Positions 30,041 through 41,395 of a stretch of DNA of 64,000 nt are shown in pieces. This DNA is from Steroidobacteraceae bacterium (GTDB lineage: Bacteria > Pseudomonadota > Gammaproteobacteria > Steroidobacterales > Steroidobacteraceae), in the NCBI GenBank assembly GCA_040508085.1, contig JBEVNO010000064.1:14426-78425 (forward strand). The letters run 5' to 3'. The translations under genes were made by a program, and so were the position numbers. Position 1 is the stretch's first letter. Each line of letters opens with the position of its first letter. The notes beneath the pieces are model-generated. The model was given only the letters and a program-made list of their open reading frames with translations, was not told the origin of the DNA and did no database searches.

Positions 30041-31456
30041 ATGAGCACGCGCGCGCAGGATGTCCCCGGCCGCCTGCGCGAGCTCATCGGTGAGCAGGCC
30101 GTCCTCACCGTGCCTGCGGACCTGGCTCCCTACCTCACTGACTACCGGCGCCTTTATCGAGGCGCCGCGTGCGCCGTGGTGCTGCCGCACAGCACCGAGC
30201 AGGTGTCGCGGCTCCTAAGCTGGTGCAATGGCGAACGCATCAGCGTGGTGCCGCAGGGTGGCAATACCGGCTATTGCGGTGGCGCTACCCCGGATGCTTC
30301 AGGCAATTCCATCGTGCTGGCGCTGGGCCGCATGAACCGCATCCGCGCCGTGGAAGCCGGCAATTTCGCGCTGGTGGCCGAGGCGGGTTGCACGCTCGCG
30401 GCGGTGCAAGCCGCGGCCACGGATGCCGACCGCCTGTTTCCTCTGACGCTGGGCTCGCAGGGCAGCTGCCAGATCGGCGGCAATCTCGCCACCAATGCCG
30501 GCGGCACCGCCGTGCTGCGCTACGGCATGATGCGCGAGCTCACGCTGGGCATCGAAGCGGTTCTGGCCGATGGCAGCGTCGTTTCGCAGCTGTCGCCGCT
30601 GCGCAAGGACAACACTGGCTACAACCTCAGCCAGTTGCTCATCGGCAGCGAAGGCACCCTCGGCGTCATCACGGCTGCCTGCCTGAAACTGTTTCCGCGC
30701 CCGCGCGCCATCGCCACCGCCTGGTTGGGCATTGCTTCGCCGGCTGCAGCGCTCGCGCTGCTGGCGCGCCTGCGCGATGCCAGCGGCGACCGGCTGTGCA
30801 CGCTCGAACTGGTCCCCGATGTCGCGCTGGCGCTGGTGCTGCGGCATGTCGACTCCACGCGCGACCCGGGGCTCATCGCCTGTCCCTGGTACCTGCTGGT
30901 CGAACTGGCGAGCGGTGACAGCGACGATCTGGATGGCCTGCTGGAGCGAACGCTGGCGGCCGCCGCCGCGGATGGCGAGGTCATCGATGCCGCGCTTGCT
31001 GCCAGCGCGGCGCAACGCGCCAGTTTCTGGCTGCTGCGTGAGTCGGTTCCCGTAGCGCAGACCCGGGCTGGCGGCAGCCTGAAGCACGACATCAGTGTGC
31101 CGGTGGCCAGCCTGCCGCGATTCATCACAGAGGGCGAGCAGCTGGTGGCGCGGCTGGCGCCTGAGGGTTATCTGGTCGCCTACGGCCATGCGGGTGACGG
31201 CAACCTGCATTTCAACGTGAACCAGCGGGTGGGTGCCGAAATTGGCGCGCTGGCGGCGCGCGAGGCTTCATTGAAGCGTGCCGTGCACGACCTGGTCGCG
31301 CAGTTCGACGGCAGCTTCAGCGCCGAACACGGCATTGGCCGCCTGAAGGTCGATGAGCTGCGCCGTTATGCACCACCGGCCAGGCTTGCCGCCATGCACC
31401 GGATCAAGCAGGCGCTGGACCCGCACGGCATCCTGAACCCGGGCAAGGTGCTGTAA
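30041..31456 (+). CDS. FAD-linked oxidase (GlcD / D-2-hydroxyacid dehydrogenase family)
   Basis: Contains VVPQGGNTGYCGGA and GGNLATNAGG. The C-terminal block is GGSFSAEHGIGRLK...MHRIKQALDPHGILNPGKV. Confidence 0.85.
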   Translation: MSTRAQDVPGRLRELIGEQAVLTVPADLAPYLTDYRRLYRGAACAVVLPHSTEQVSRLLSWCNGERISVVPQGGNTGYCGGATPDASGNSIVLALGRMNRIRAVEAGNFALVAEAGCTLAAVQAAATDADRLFPLTLGSQGSCQIGGNLATNAGGTAVLRYGMMRELTLGIEAVLADGSVVSQLSPLRKDNTGYNLSQLLIGSEGTLGVITAACLKLFPRPRAIATAWLGIASPAAALALLARLRDASGDRLCTLELVPDVALALVLRHVDSTRDPGLIACPWYLLVELASGDSDDLDGLLERTLAAAAADGEVIDAALAASAAQRASFWLLRESVPVAQTRAGGSLKHDISVPVASLPRFITEGEQLVARLAPEGYLVAYGHAGDGNLHFNVNQRVGAEIGALAAREASLKRAVHDLVAQFDGSFSAEHGIGRLKVDELRRYAPPARLAAMHRIKQALDPHGILNPGKVL

Positions 31457-31473
31457 CAGGGTAGCGCGCGCGT

Positions 31474-32340
31474 TCAGCGCGGCGCGGTGACGCGGATCAG
31501 ACCTTCCTGGGCGGTGCTGGCCACCAGCGCGCCGGATTGCGTGAAGATGTCGGCGCGCGCGAAGCCCCGCGCACCCGCAGCCGCCGGGCTCACGATCGAA
31601 TACAGCAGCCACTGGTCCACCCGCAGCGGGCGGTGGAACCACATGGCATGGTCGATGCTTGCCACCACGATGCCCGGGCTGCCCAGCCAGTAGCCATGCG
31701 GGTGCATGGCGGTCGCAATGAGGTGGTAGTCCGACACATAGGCCAGCAGCGCCGCATGGCGACGCGGGTCCTCGCCCACCGCGTCCACGGCGCGGAACCA
31801 GATATCCAGCCGCGGTTCGCCGTTGTTGGCTGCAGGATCCGCCAGGGGCTGCACACTGCGGAACTCGAAGGGCGAATTGCGGCCGGCGAAGCGCCGCACC
31901 GCATCCGGCAGTGGCTGTACATGCGCTTCCAGCACTTCGCGCAGGTCGGGAAGGGCTTCCGGTCCCGGTACATCCGGCATCGGCAGCTGATGCTCCAGAC
32001 CCTCCTCCGGCTGATGGAAGGACGCCGCCATGTTGAAGATCTGCTGGCCATGCTGGATGGCCACCACGCGGCGGCTGGAGAAGCTGCCGCCATCGCGACT
32101 GCGATCCACCTGGTACACGATGGGAGCGCGGAAATCGCCGCGGCGCAGGAAATAGGCGTGCAGCGAATTCACCTGCCGGCCACCGTCGACAGTTGCATAG
32201 GCTGCCTGCAGGGCTTGCCCCAGCACCTGCCCGCCGTAAACCTGCGGGCTGCCGATGTCGCGGCTCGCGCCGCGGAACAGGTCGACCTCCAGCGGTTCCA
32301 GCTCCAGCAGCTGCAGCAGTTCCGCCAGCGGATCCGGCAT
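31474..32340 (-). CDS. tesB: Acyl-CoA thioesterase II
   Basis: LLQLLELEPLEVDLFRGASRDIGSPQVYGGQVLGQAL parallels the E. coli TesB N-terminus. Double hot-dog length (288 aa). Confidence 0.9.
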   Translation of the reverse strand: MPDPLAELLQLLELEPLEVDLFRGASRDIGSPQVYGGQVLGQALQAAYATVDGGRQVNSLHAYFLRRGDFRAPIVYQVDRSRDGGSFSSRRVVAIQHGQQIFNMAASFHQPEEGLEHQLPMPDVPGPEALPDLREVLEAHVQPLPDAVRRFAGRNSPFEFRSVQPLADPAANNGEPRLDIWFRAVDAVGEDPRRHAALLAYVSDYHLIATAMHPHGYWLGSPGIVVASIDHAMWFHRPLRVDQWLLYSIVSPAAAGARGFARADIFTQSGALVASTAQEGLIRVTAPR

Positions 32341-32348
32341 GTGAGGTC

Positions 32349-33386
32349 CTATTCGGTTGGCGTATCGGCCACGCCCAGACGCTGGTGCATCACCGGGCTT
32401 GTGGTCGTGTACTGCAGGAACTGGCGCTTGCCCGGAAACAGGTGCGCCTGGATGGCGAACGCCGCCAGCGCCGCCTCGTGGAACCCGGACAGGATCAGCT
32501 TCTTCTTGCCGGGATAGGTGTTGATGTCACCCACGGCGAAGATGCCAGGCACGCTGGTCTGGAACTTCTCGGTGTCCACCTTCAGCGCCTTCTTCTCCAT
32601 GTCCAGCCCCCATTCTGCTATCGGGCCGAGCTTGGGCGACAGGCCGAAGAAGGCCAGCAGGCGATCCGCCGGCAGCTGCTGCACATTGCCGCTGCTGTCC
32701 TTCACCTGCACGCCGGCCAGCGTATCGCCATCGACCAGCAGCGACTGCGCGGTGCCCTCGATGAAACGCATCCTGCCGGCTGACACCAGCTCCTGCATCT
32801 TGGCCACCGATGCCGGTGCGGCGCGGAAATCCGCGCGCCGGTGAACCAGAGTCAGTGAGGTAGCCTTCTCCGCCAGCGCCAGCGTCCAGTCCAGTGCCGA
32901 ATCGCCGCCGCCGAAGATCACCACACGCTGGCCCTGGAATTCCGCCGCGTACTGCACGCGATAGAAGATCTGGCTGCCTTCGAAAACTTCCTGGCTTTCC
33001 ACGCCCAGGCGCCGCGGCTGGAAGGAGCCGACGCCGCCAGCGATCACGATGGCGCCGGCATCGAAGCGCATTCCGCCCGCAGTCTCCACATCGAAGCGCC
33101 CGTCCTCGCGCTTGCGCACCACGGTCACTTCCTGGCCGAAGTGCATCTGGGCGCCGAAGGGCTTGATCTGCTCCAGCAGACGGTCGACCAGTTCCTGCGC
33201 GCCCACCGAGGGCAGCGCCGGAATGTCATAGATGGGCTTCTCCGGATACAGCTCGGCGCACTGCCCGCCGGGCTTGGCCAGCGAGTCCAGCAGATGGGCC
33301 TTGATGCCCAGCAGCCCCAGTTCAAAAACCTGAAACAGCCCGCAGGGGCCGGCGCCAATGATGACGACTTCCGTGTGGATGCTCAT
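32349..33386 (-). CDS. Thioredoxin-reductase-like ferredoxin-NADP(+) reductase
   Basis: Contains [43 protein letters not shown] and VPGIFAVGD. It lacks the CxxC of true TrxB. Confidence 0.85.
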   Translation of the reverse strand: MSIHTEVVIIGAGPCGLFQVFELGLLGIKAHLLDSLAKPGGQCAELYPEKPIYDIPALPSVGAQELVDRLLEQIKPFGAQMHFGQEVTVVRKREDGRFDVETAGGMRFDAGAIVIAGGVGSFQPRRLGVESQEVFEGSQIFYRVQYAAEFQGQRVVIFGGGDSALDWTLALAEKATSLTLVHRRADFRAAPASVAKMQELVSAGRMRFIEGTAQSLLVDGDTLAGVQVKDSSGNVQQLPADRLLAFFGLSPKLGPIAEWGLDMEKKALKVDTEKFQTSVPGIFAVGDINTYPGKKKLILSGFHEAALAAFAIQAHLFPGKRQFLQYTTTSPVMHQRLGVADTPTE

Positions 33387-33404
33387 TCGGGGGACCGCCG
33401 GCGA

Positions 33405-33704
33405 TCAGGCGCGGCCGGCGTTGGAATCAGTGGGGGTGTGGAAATATTCGCTGTCCGCGGCGAGTTCGCGCACCAGGCGCTTGAGCTCCTCTACGCGGGC
33501 CTCCGCCGTGCTGATCGGCAGGCAATCCTGGCAACGGGGATCACCGCAGGGCTGTCGGGAGTAGAGCCAGTACTGGACGGCCCCGGCCAGCAGGCCGTCG
33601 GCGATGTCCCAGAGGTCGGCGTCCTTGTCCTTGTCCGCCAGCTTGTTTCCCAGGTCCACAGCCTTGGCGAAGGCGGATTCAAAGCTCTCGGGGGTAACAC
33701 TCAT
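33405..33704 (-). CDS. Hypothetical 99-aa protein with CGDPRCQDC motif
   Basis: ATG 33704 (MSVTPESFESAFAKAVDL...). Balanced composition. The upstream part of the 167-aa track ORF crosses the marR promoter. No family assigned. Confidence 0.55.
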   Translation of the reverse strand: MSVTPESFESAFAKAVDLGNKLADKDKDADLWDIADGLLAGAVQYWLYSRQPCGDPRCQDCLPISTAEARVEELKRLVRELAADSEYFHTPTDSNAGRA

Positions 33705-33722
33705 ATGGAGCCAAATTATACG

Positions 33723-33768
33723 CAATCCCCATGGGGGGATTGACGGTAATTGCCTGTGCAAATACTGT
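33723..33768 (+). promoter_or_regulatory. Candidate marR promoter (TTGACG-17-TACTGT) overlapped by an 8-4-8 inverted repeat
   Basis: CAATCCCC-ATGG-GGGGATTG occupies 33723-33742. TTGACG is at 33740-33745, then a 17-nt spacer, then TACTGT at 33763-33768. The marR ATG at 33776 is 8 nt after the -10 box. Confidence 0.35.
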
Positions 33769-33775
33769 AGCGCGT

Positions 33776-34252
33776 ATGAACCCCGAGAAACTGCCCATCC
33801 AAGATTTCTACCGTGGCGACAACTGGTCGGCGGAAGAGTCCATTGGTTACTTGTTGCGCACCACGGTTTCGACCCTGATGCGCGCCGCCGAGACCGCCAT
33901 GCGGCCACATGGTCTCACCTCGGTGCAATGGGCGCCGCTGATGATCATCTCGCGTGGCGGGAATCCCACGGCGGCGAGCCTGGCTCGCGATCTGAATACG
34001 GATACCGGTGCGATGACCCGCATGCTCGACCGCCTCGAGGCCAAAGGCCTGCTGATGCGCACGCGCAGCGCCACCGACCGCCGTGTCGTGGAACTCACGC
34101 TCACCGAACAGGGCCGTGAGCTGACCACGCTGATCCCGCACCACCTCGCGAGCGTCTACAACAATCACCTGGCGGGCTTCACCCAGGAAGAATTCACCGA
34201 ACTGAAGTCGATGCTGCGGCGGATCATGGCCAACCGCGACGTCACCGGCTAG
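33776..34252 (+). CDS. MarR-family transcriptional regulator
   Basis: Winged-helix block LTSVQWAPLMIISRGGNPTAASLARDLNTDTGAMTRMLDRLEAKGLLMRTRSATDRRVVELTLTEQG. Confidence 0.85.
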   Translation: MNPEKLPIQDFYRGDNWSAEESIGYLLRTTVSTLMRAAETAMRPHGLTSVQWAPLMIISRGGNPTAASLARDLNTDTGAMTRMLDRLEAKGLLMRTRSATDRRVVELTLTEQGRELTTLIPHHLASVYNNHLAGFTQEEFTELKSMLRRIMANRDVTG

Positions 34253-34254
34253 AA

Positions 34255-34306
34255 AAATGGGGTCAGATCTGTTTTCCCCGCGGGGAAAATAGAGCTGACC
34301 CCATTT
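34255..34306. terminator. Bidirectional intrinsic terminator (nested 52-nt palindrome) between convergent genes
   Basis: AAATGGGGTCAG-atctg-TTTTCCCCGCGGGGAAAA-tagag-CTGACCCCATTT. It has an A-run on one side and a T-run on the other, and sits 3 nt after the marR stop and 3 nt before the ABC stop. Confidence 0.6.
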
Positions 34307-34308
34307 CT

Positions 34309-36150
34309 TCAGCGGTAGCCGCGGGCCTGCAGTTCGAACAGGCGCGCGTAGACGCCGCCCTGCTGCATGAGGCCCGCATGATCGCCGCGCTCGGCCACGC
34401 GGCCCCCGTCCAGCACCACGATCTCGTCGGCCATCCGCACCGTCGAGAAGCGATGCGAGATCAGGATGGTCATGCGCCCCTCGGCCAGGTCGCGCACATG
34501 GCCGAACACCTCAGCCTCCGCCTCAGCATCCATGGCCGCAGTGGGTTCATCCAGCACACGGATATCGGCGTCGCGGCGCATGAATGAGCGTGATACCGCC
34601 ACCTTCTGCCACTGCCCGCCCGACAGCTCCCTGCCACCCTGGAACCACTTGCCCAGCTGCGTGGCGTATTTTTCCGGCAGCGCCTCGATCATCTCGGCGG
34701 CCTGCCCTAATTCCGCCGCCGCGCGCCAGCGCGATTCATTCTCGAAGTCGCGCTCGTCTCCGGCACCCACGTTCTCGCCCACCGTCATCTGGTAGCGCAC
34801 GAAATCCTGGAAGATCACCCCGAAACGGCGACGCAGCGCATCCACATCCCACTCCGCCAGATCCCGCCCGTCCAGCAGGATGCGTCCCGACGTGGGCACG
34901 TACAGCCGCGTGATCAGCTTGATGAGCGTGGTCTTGCCGGAGCCGTTCGAACCCACCAGCGCGAGGCTGCGGCCGGGACGCAGGTGCAGCGACACATCCG
35001 CCAGCGCAGGCTGGCTGGAACCGGGATAGACGAAGGACACATGCTCCAGGCGCAGCCCGTCGGCGACATCGGGACCCGCGGTGGCGCTGCCTCCCGGCGG
35101 TCGTGCCGGTGTGTCCAGATATTCGTACAGCGTGGACAGGTAGAGATTGTCCTCGTAGAGCCCGCTCACCGCGCCCAGCGCATTGCTGACGGCGGTCTGC
35201 CCCTGGCGGAACAGGAGCAGGTACATGGTCATCTGCCCGATGGTGATGGTGCCGCGAACCGCGCTCACGGCAACCCAGCAGTAGCCGGCATACAGCGCCG
35301 CCGTGGTGATCAATCCCAGCGCGAAACCCCAGCTGTCGCGGCGGATCGCCAGCTGCCGCTCCTGGGCGAACAGGCGCCGGTGGATGCTGCGGTAACGGTC
35401 CAGCAGGCGGGCGCCGAGGTTGTAGAGCTTCACTTCCTTGACGTGGTCTTCGCGCGCGATGACCGTCTCCAGGTACGCCTGCTGGCGACGCTCGGTGGAG
35501 CGCCAGCGGAACAGCTGGAAGGCCTGGTTCGAGAAACGCGTCTCCGCGATGAACCCGGGCAGGCCCGCCAGGCCCAGCAGCAGCACGGCCCAGGGCGAGA
35601 AATGCAGCAGCAGCACGGCATAGCTGACCAGCGAGACGAGGTTCTGCGCCAGCGAGAAGCTGCGGATGACCAGCGACAGGGGCCGCGCCGACGCCTCGCG
35701 CCGCGCGCGCGTCATGCGGTCGTAGAACTCCGAATCCTCGAAATGTTCCAGATCAAGCGTGAGCGCCTTCTCCAGGATCATCGAATTGACGCGGAACCCC
35801 AGCTGTTCGCGCAGCAGCGTGGTGTTCAGCGCCAGTGCGCGCTGGCACAGGGACAGCCCGGCCACGGCAATGCCCTCCAGCGCCACCAGATCGAGCACCG
35901 GCCCCAGTGGCCCGCCGTGGCCACTGGCTGCCACCACGGCGTCCACGATGCGCGCACCGAGGTAGGCCACCACCGCGGGCAAGGCGCCGACCACGAGCGT
36001 CAGCGCTGCCAGCCACAGCGTCAGCTTGCGGCTGGTCTGCCACACCAGGTCCAGCGCCTTGCGGCCATAGCCGAAGGCCTCCAGGAATTCGCGCGGCAGG
36101 TCGCGCAGCGCCAGGGCGGGCTGCGGGGTCACGGGCGGCGGGCGGTTCAC
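34309..36150 (-). CDS. ABC exporter, fused permease + ATPase (ABCB/MsbA-like half transporter)
   Basis: Six-TM N-terminal half. Walker A GSNGSGKTTL, signature LSGGQWQKVAVSR, Walker B IRVLDEPTAAMD. GTG start in a GTGA overlap with the upstream regulator gene. Confidence 0.85.
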   Translation of the reverse strand: MNRPPPVTPQPALALRDLPREFLEAFGYGRKALDLVWQTSRKLTLWLAALTLVVGALPAVVAYLGARIVDAVVAASGHGGPLGPVLDLVALEGIAVAGLSLCQRALALNTTLLREQLGFRVNSMILEKALTLDLEHFEDSEFYDRMTRARREASARPLSLVIRSFSLAQNLVSLVSYAVLLLHFSPWAVLLLGLAGLPGFIAETRFSNQAFQLFRWRSTERRQQAYLETVIAREDHVKEVKLYNLGARLLDRYRSIHRRLFAQERQLAIRRDSWGFALGLITTAALYAGYCWVAVSAVRGTITIGQMTMYLLLFRQGQTAVSNALGAVSGLYEDNLYLSTLYEYLDTPARPPGGSATAGPDVADGLRLEHVSFVYPGSSQPALADVSLHLRPGRSLALVGSNGSGKTTLIKLITRLYVPTSGRILLDGRDLAEWDVDALRRRFGVIFQDFVRYQMTVGENVGAGDERDFENESRWRAAAELGQAAEMIEALPEKYATQLGKWFQGGRELSGGQWQKVAVSRSFMRRDADIRVLDEPTAAMDAEAEAEVFGHVRDLAEGRMTILISHRFSTVRMADEIVVLDGGRVAERGDHAGLMQQGGVYARLFELQARGYR

Positions 36151-37382
36151 GGCTCGATCCGGTTGGCGCCGACCAGTCGCGACTCCACGTTCACGCCATT
36201 CACGCTCTGCACTTCATACAGCGCCTCGAAGGGCGCGTCGGCCGGCACCCGGCCGGTGAGCTCGCGCACCCGTGCCGGATCCGCCACGGCTTCGGCCGCC
36301 TGCATCAGCCCGGTATCGCGCGTGCCAGCCACAATGAGGTGAGCCTGCCCGCCGGGGCCGGCGATCCGGGCGAGATAGGCATAGTCGCGATAGCGCTCGG
36401 TGGCAGCGTGCGCCTCACCGGCCTCGCTGACCCAGGCCTCGCCGCTCACCGAATCGATCAGCTCGTCGTAGGAGCCGCCGATCGAATAGCGCGATGTGCC
36501 CAGCACCATGTCCTGCAGCATGCCGAGCGCGGACAGGTAGCCCACATAGACGATATGCGTGGTCTTGATGGTGGCCGGGTCCAGCTCCGAGGCCAGCGTC
36601 AGCGTCACCTGCTTGCCCGAGGACATGAGCACCGGCAGCAGCTCGCGCAGCGCCTGCGCACTGGAGGTGGGCAGGTAGCCCAGGTTCAGGTCGGCAAAGC
36701 GCGCCACGCGCTGCGGATCGCCAATGAAGCCACGCTCCAGATCCTCGCGCGAGTTGATGCTGAAGTCGCGCACCAGGCGCTGGATGTCGCCATGTGCATC
36801 GCGCTCGCCGAATATGTAGTAATCCCCCAGCACCAGCTGCACCGGCAGCACGTCGGCGAACAGCGGCGCCCACAAGGGCGACGCGCGCAGCCGTGCCACC
36901 TCTGCCGGTGGGCTCGGCATGCGCAAGGCCCAGCTGCCGGCCGCTGCGGCTGCGGCCAGCGCCACCACCGCCACCAGGGCCGCGATGCGTTCGCGGGGTG
37001 TGGCCGGGAGCAGCCGGCGCCAGCTGCCGGGCCGCGCTGGCGTGACGGCCGGGCTCTCCAGGGCCAGCCGGTATTCGCCGCGGGGGATGGTCAGGCGCGT
37101 GCCGCCTTCCGCATCGCGGTAGAACTCCTCCAGGCGCTTGCGCAGCTTGTGGGCCGTCACCCGCACGGTGGCGTCCTGGGCCACATCCACGCCGGCGCCG
37201 CGCTCGAAGCAATCCATGGCCACCTCCAGCTCCTTGGGCACGCGCCCGCTGGCCTGGCAGCCCACCAGGAACTCGAACAGCCGCGACAGCTGCGTGCCCC
37301 GCCCCAGGGCGGCACCGGCGCGCACGCGCTCCACCTCGGCAATGAAGGCGGCGGACAGGGTGGTTTCGGCAGAATGGTTCAC
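36147..37382 (-). CDS. Membrane-anchored ToxR/CadC-like one-component regulator (N-terminal OmpR/PhoB-type winged helix, one TM, ~250-aa periplasmic domain)
   Basis: LSRLFEFLV...GRVPKELEVAMDCFERG...QDATVRVTAHKLRKRLEEFY..TRLTIPRGEYRL fits the Trans_reg_C pattern. It is followed by TM IAALVAVVALAAAAAAGSWAL and an unassigned C-terminal domain. GTG start. Confidence 0.6.
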   Translation of the reverse strand: MNHSAETTLSAAFIAEVERVRAGAALGRGTQLSRLFEFLVGCQASGRVPKELEVAMDCFERGAGVDVAQDATVRVTAHKLRKRLEEFYRDAEGGTRLTIPRGEYRLALESPAVTPARPGSWRRLLPATPRERIAALVAVVALAAAAAAGSWALRMPSPPAEVARLRASPLWAPLFADVLPVQLVLGDYYIFGERDAHGDIQRLVRDFSINSREDLERGFIGDPQRVARFADLNLGYLPTSSAQALRELLPVLMSSGKQVTLTLASELDPATIKTTHIVYVGYLSALGMLQDMVLGTSRYSIGGSYDELIDSVSGEAWVSEAGEAHAATERYRDYAYLARIAGPGGQAHLIVAGTRDTGLMQAAEAVADPARVRELTGRVPADAPFEALYEVQSVNGVNVESRLVGANRIEP

Positions 37383-37479
37383 GGGGCCAAGTTTATGGAC
37401 TTTTCAGGGGTTTGCGGCATGTCCATGACACGCCAGAACTGGTACTCTCGCGGCCTTTTTCGCTAACAGATCCCCCAAA

Positions 37480-39305
<1,826 letters not shown>

Positions 39306-39309
<4 letters not shown>

Positions 39310-39902
39310 CCCCCGCCGCGCGCGGCATCCTGATCGCGTGCGTCGCGGTGTTCCTGCTGCAGCAGGTCGCCACGACGCCGCTGGAGATCCGCTACGCGCT
39401 GTGGCCGCTGGGTGACAATCCGTATTCGGCCGGCTTCCACTTCTGGCAGCTGCTGAGCTACGGCTTCCTGCACGGTGGCTTCGCGCATCTGTTCTTCAAC
39501 ATGTTCGCGCTGTACATGTTTGGGCCGGATGTGGAGCGGCTCACCGGCACCAGGCGCTTCCTCGCCTATTACCTCGTCTGCGTGGTGTCGGCGGGTCTGG
39601 CGCAGCTGGCCATGCTGCATTTCATGGGCGGGCCGCCGGTGCCCACGGTCGGTGCTTCGGGCGGCGTGTTCGGTCTGCTGCTCGCTTTCGGTCTCGCCTT
39701 CCCGCACCGCAAGCTGATGCTGATCTTCCCGCCCATCCCGATGCCGGCCTGGCTGTTCGTCACGTTGTACGGGTTGCTGGAGCTGTATCTGGGCGTCACC
39801 GCCCCGGGCAGTGGCGTGGCGCACTTCGCCCACCTGGGCGGCATGGTCGGCGGGTTCCTGCTGATCCTGTACTGGCGCTTCGAGCGCCGCCCCAGCCCAT
39901 GA
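39306..39902 (+). CDS. Rhomboid-family intramembrane serine protease
   Basis: ATGA overlap with the typA stop. Contains HGGFAHLFFNM, catalytic GASGGVFGLL and HFAHLGGMVGG. Confidence 0.8.
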
Positions 39903-39923
39903 CGGGGGCTGATCAGGCCGTGG

Positions 39924-41366
39924 TCAGACGCTGACCACCCGGTTGCGGCCGGCTTCCTTCGCCCTGTACATGGCCTTGTCGGCGCGATCGAAGGCCTCGT
40001 TCTCGCCGTCGCCCTCCTGGATCAGCGTGATGCCGCAGGAAATCGATACCGACACCGGTGCGCCGCGGAAGTGGAACCCGGTGCGCGCGATGGCTTCGCG
40101 CAGCTTGTCCACCAGACGCACGCCGTCGACCAGTGGCGTGCCTGGCAGCAGCATGACGAATTCCTCACCGCCATAGCGCGCGACGAAGTCCGAGCCGCGC
40201 AAGCCGGATGCCAGCGTCTCGGCCACCACGCACAGCACCTTGTCGCCGGCCTTGTGGCCGAAGCGGTCGTTGATCAACTTGAATTCGTCGATGTCCCACG
40301 CCGCGATGCAGGTGGGTTGACGGAAGCGCTTCCAGCGCTCGGCCTCGTCCACCATGCGCTGCTCCCAGGCCAGCCGGTTGGGGATCTGCGTCAGCGTGTC
40401 GAGCAGCGACAGGCGTTTCTCGTCGGACAGCCGCGCCTGCAGCGACTTGGCTTCGGTTTCCATCTCCTCCATGCGTACGCGCATCATCATGGTGCGCTCG
40501 CGCGACTGCCGGGCCCGCTCTTCCTCGCGCGCCTGGAAATTCTGCAGGTGCTGGTTGATGGAGTTGAGCCGGTCGCGCACCTGCCGGCGGACCAGCGACA
40601 GATCAAGTCCGGTATCCACGCTGACGGTCAGCGCCCGCACTTCGCCGCTGATCTGCAGGTCGAGCGTGTCGCTGGATTTGCGCCGCGTCTCCTCTTCCTG
40701 TGTCCCGGCAATATGCTCGTTCAGGGCGTCCAGCTGGCGTATCAATTGCGACAGCAGCAGCTCCAGCCCTCGCCGCGCCTTGTCGAGCTCGCGCATGCGC
40801 AGCACCAGCAGGCCGCCCACGCGCTCCACCAGTGCCGGCAGCTGCTCCATGACCAGCGGCACGCGCAGCTGCCTGTTGATGTCGGCAGCGGCCTCCTTCA
40901 GCAGTGGCTCGACACGCACCTCGTCCACCATGCGTGACAGTACGCTGCGCATGGATTCCTCGGCGGACAGCGGCGTCAGCAAAGGCAGCGCCGCAGTGGG
41001 ACTGCGGCGGGCGGGATCGGCATGTGCCTGCGGCTCGCGCGGCGCCACCAGCGAGCGCAGCCGCTGACTGATGGTGGATGCCGTGTCCTGCTCGGGGTCG
41101 TCCATGTCGCGGATGGCGTCGGACACCGCCTCGCTGAGCGGCACCAGTTCCTCCCCAGGCGCCTCTCGGCGCAACGCATCGCGCAGGCTCTTGAGTACCG
41201 CGTCCAGCAGCGGGGACTGCCCCTGCGCAGCCGCACAGAGCCGCGTGATCAGCTGCTGCAGGATTTTCTGGTCGTCGCGATAACGGCGCGCCTCCTCCTC
41301 GATGGCCCGCAGGCTATCGAAGTATTTTCTGCGCCAGTCGTCTTCCTGTTGGGCCAGCCGGGACAC
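39924..41366 (-). CDS. Diguanylate cyclase with long N-terminal coiled-coil region
   Basis: C-terminal GGDEF domain: DIDEFKLINDRFGHKAGD, RYGGEEFVMLL. An I-site-like RGSD lies upstream. GTG start. Confidence 0.85.
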   Translation of the reverse strand: MSRLAQQEDDWRRKYFDSLRAIEEEARRYRDDQKILQQLITRLCAAAQGQSPLLDAVLKSLRDALRREAPGEELVPLSEAVSDAIRDMDDPEQDTASTISQRLRSLVAPREPQAHADPARRSPTAALPLLTPLSAEESMRSVLSRMVDEVRVEPLLKEAAADINRQLRVPLVMEQLPALVERVGGLLVLRMRELDKARRGLELLLSQLIRQLDALNEHIAGTQEEETRRKSSDTLDLQISGEVRALTVSVDTGLDLSLVRRQVRDRLNSINQHLQNFQAREEERARQSRERTMMMRVRMEEMETEAKSLQARLSDEKRLSLLDTLTQIPNRLAWEQRMVDEAERWKRFRQPTCIAAWDIDEFKLINDRFGHKAGDKVLCVVAETLASGLRGSDFVARYGGEEFVMLLPGTPLVDGVRLVDKLREAIARTGFHFRGAPVSVSISCGITLIQEGDGENEAFDRADKAMYRAKEAGRNRVVSV

Positions 41367-41395
41367 TTCGAGCCTTGGGAATCATGGATTCCGTT

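Noticed and set aside
35835-37466. 543-aa plus-strand ORF across the ABC exporter and ToxR-like regulator genes
   Set aside because: Its composition is Arg/Ala/Gly/Pro-dominated and it spans two real minus-strand genes and their junction. It is a GC-rich shadow ORF. The same reasoning applies to 2761-4644, 11471-12976, 43077-44615, 48603-49880, 50626-52137 and 52697-54223.
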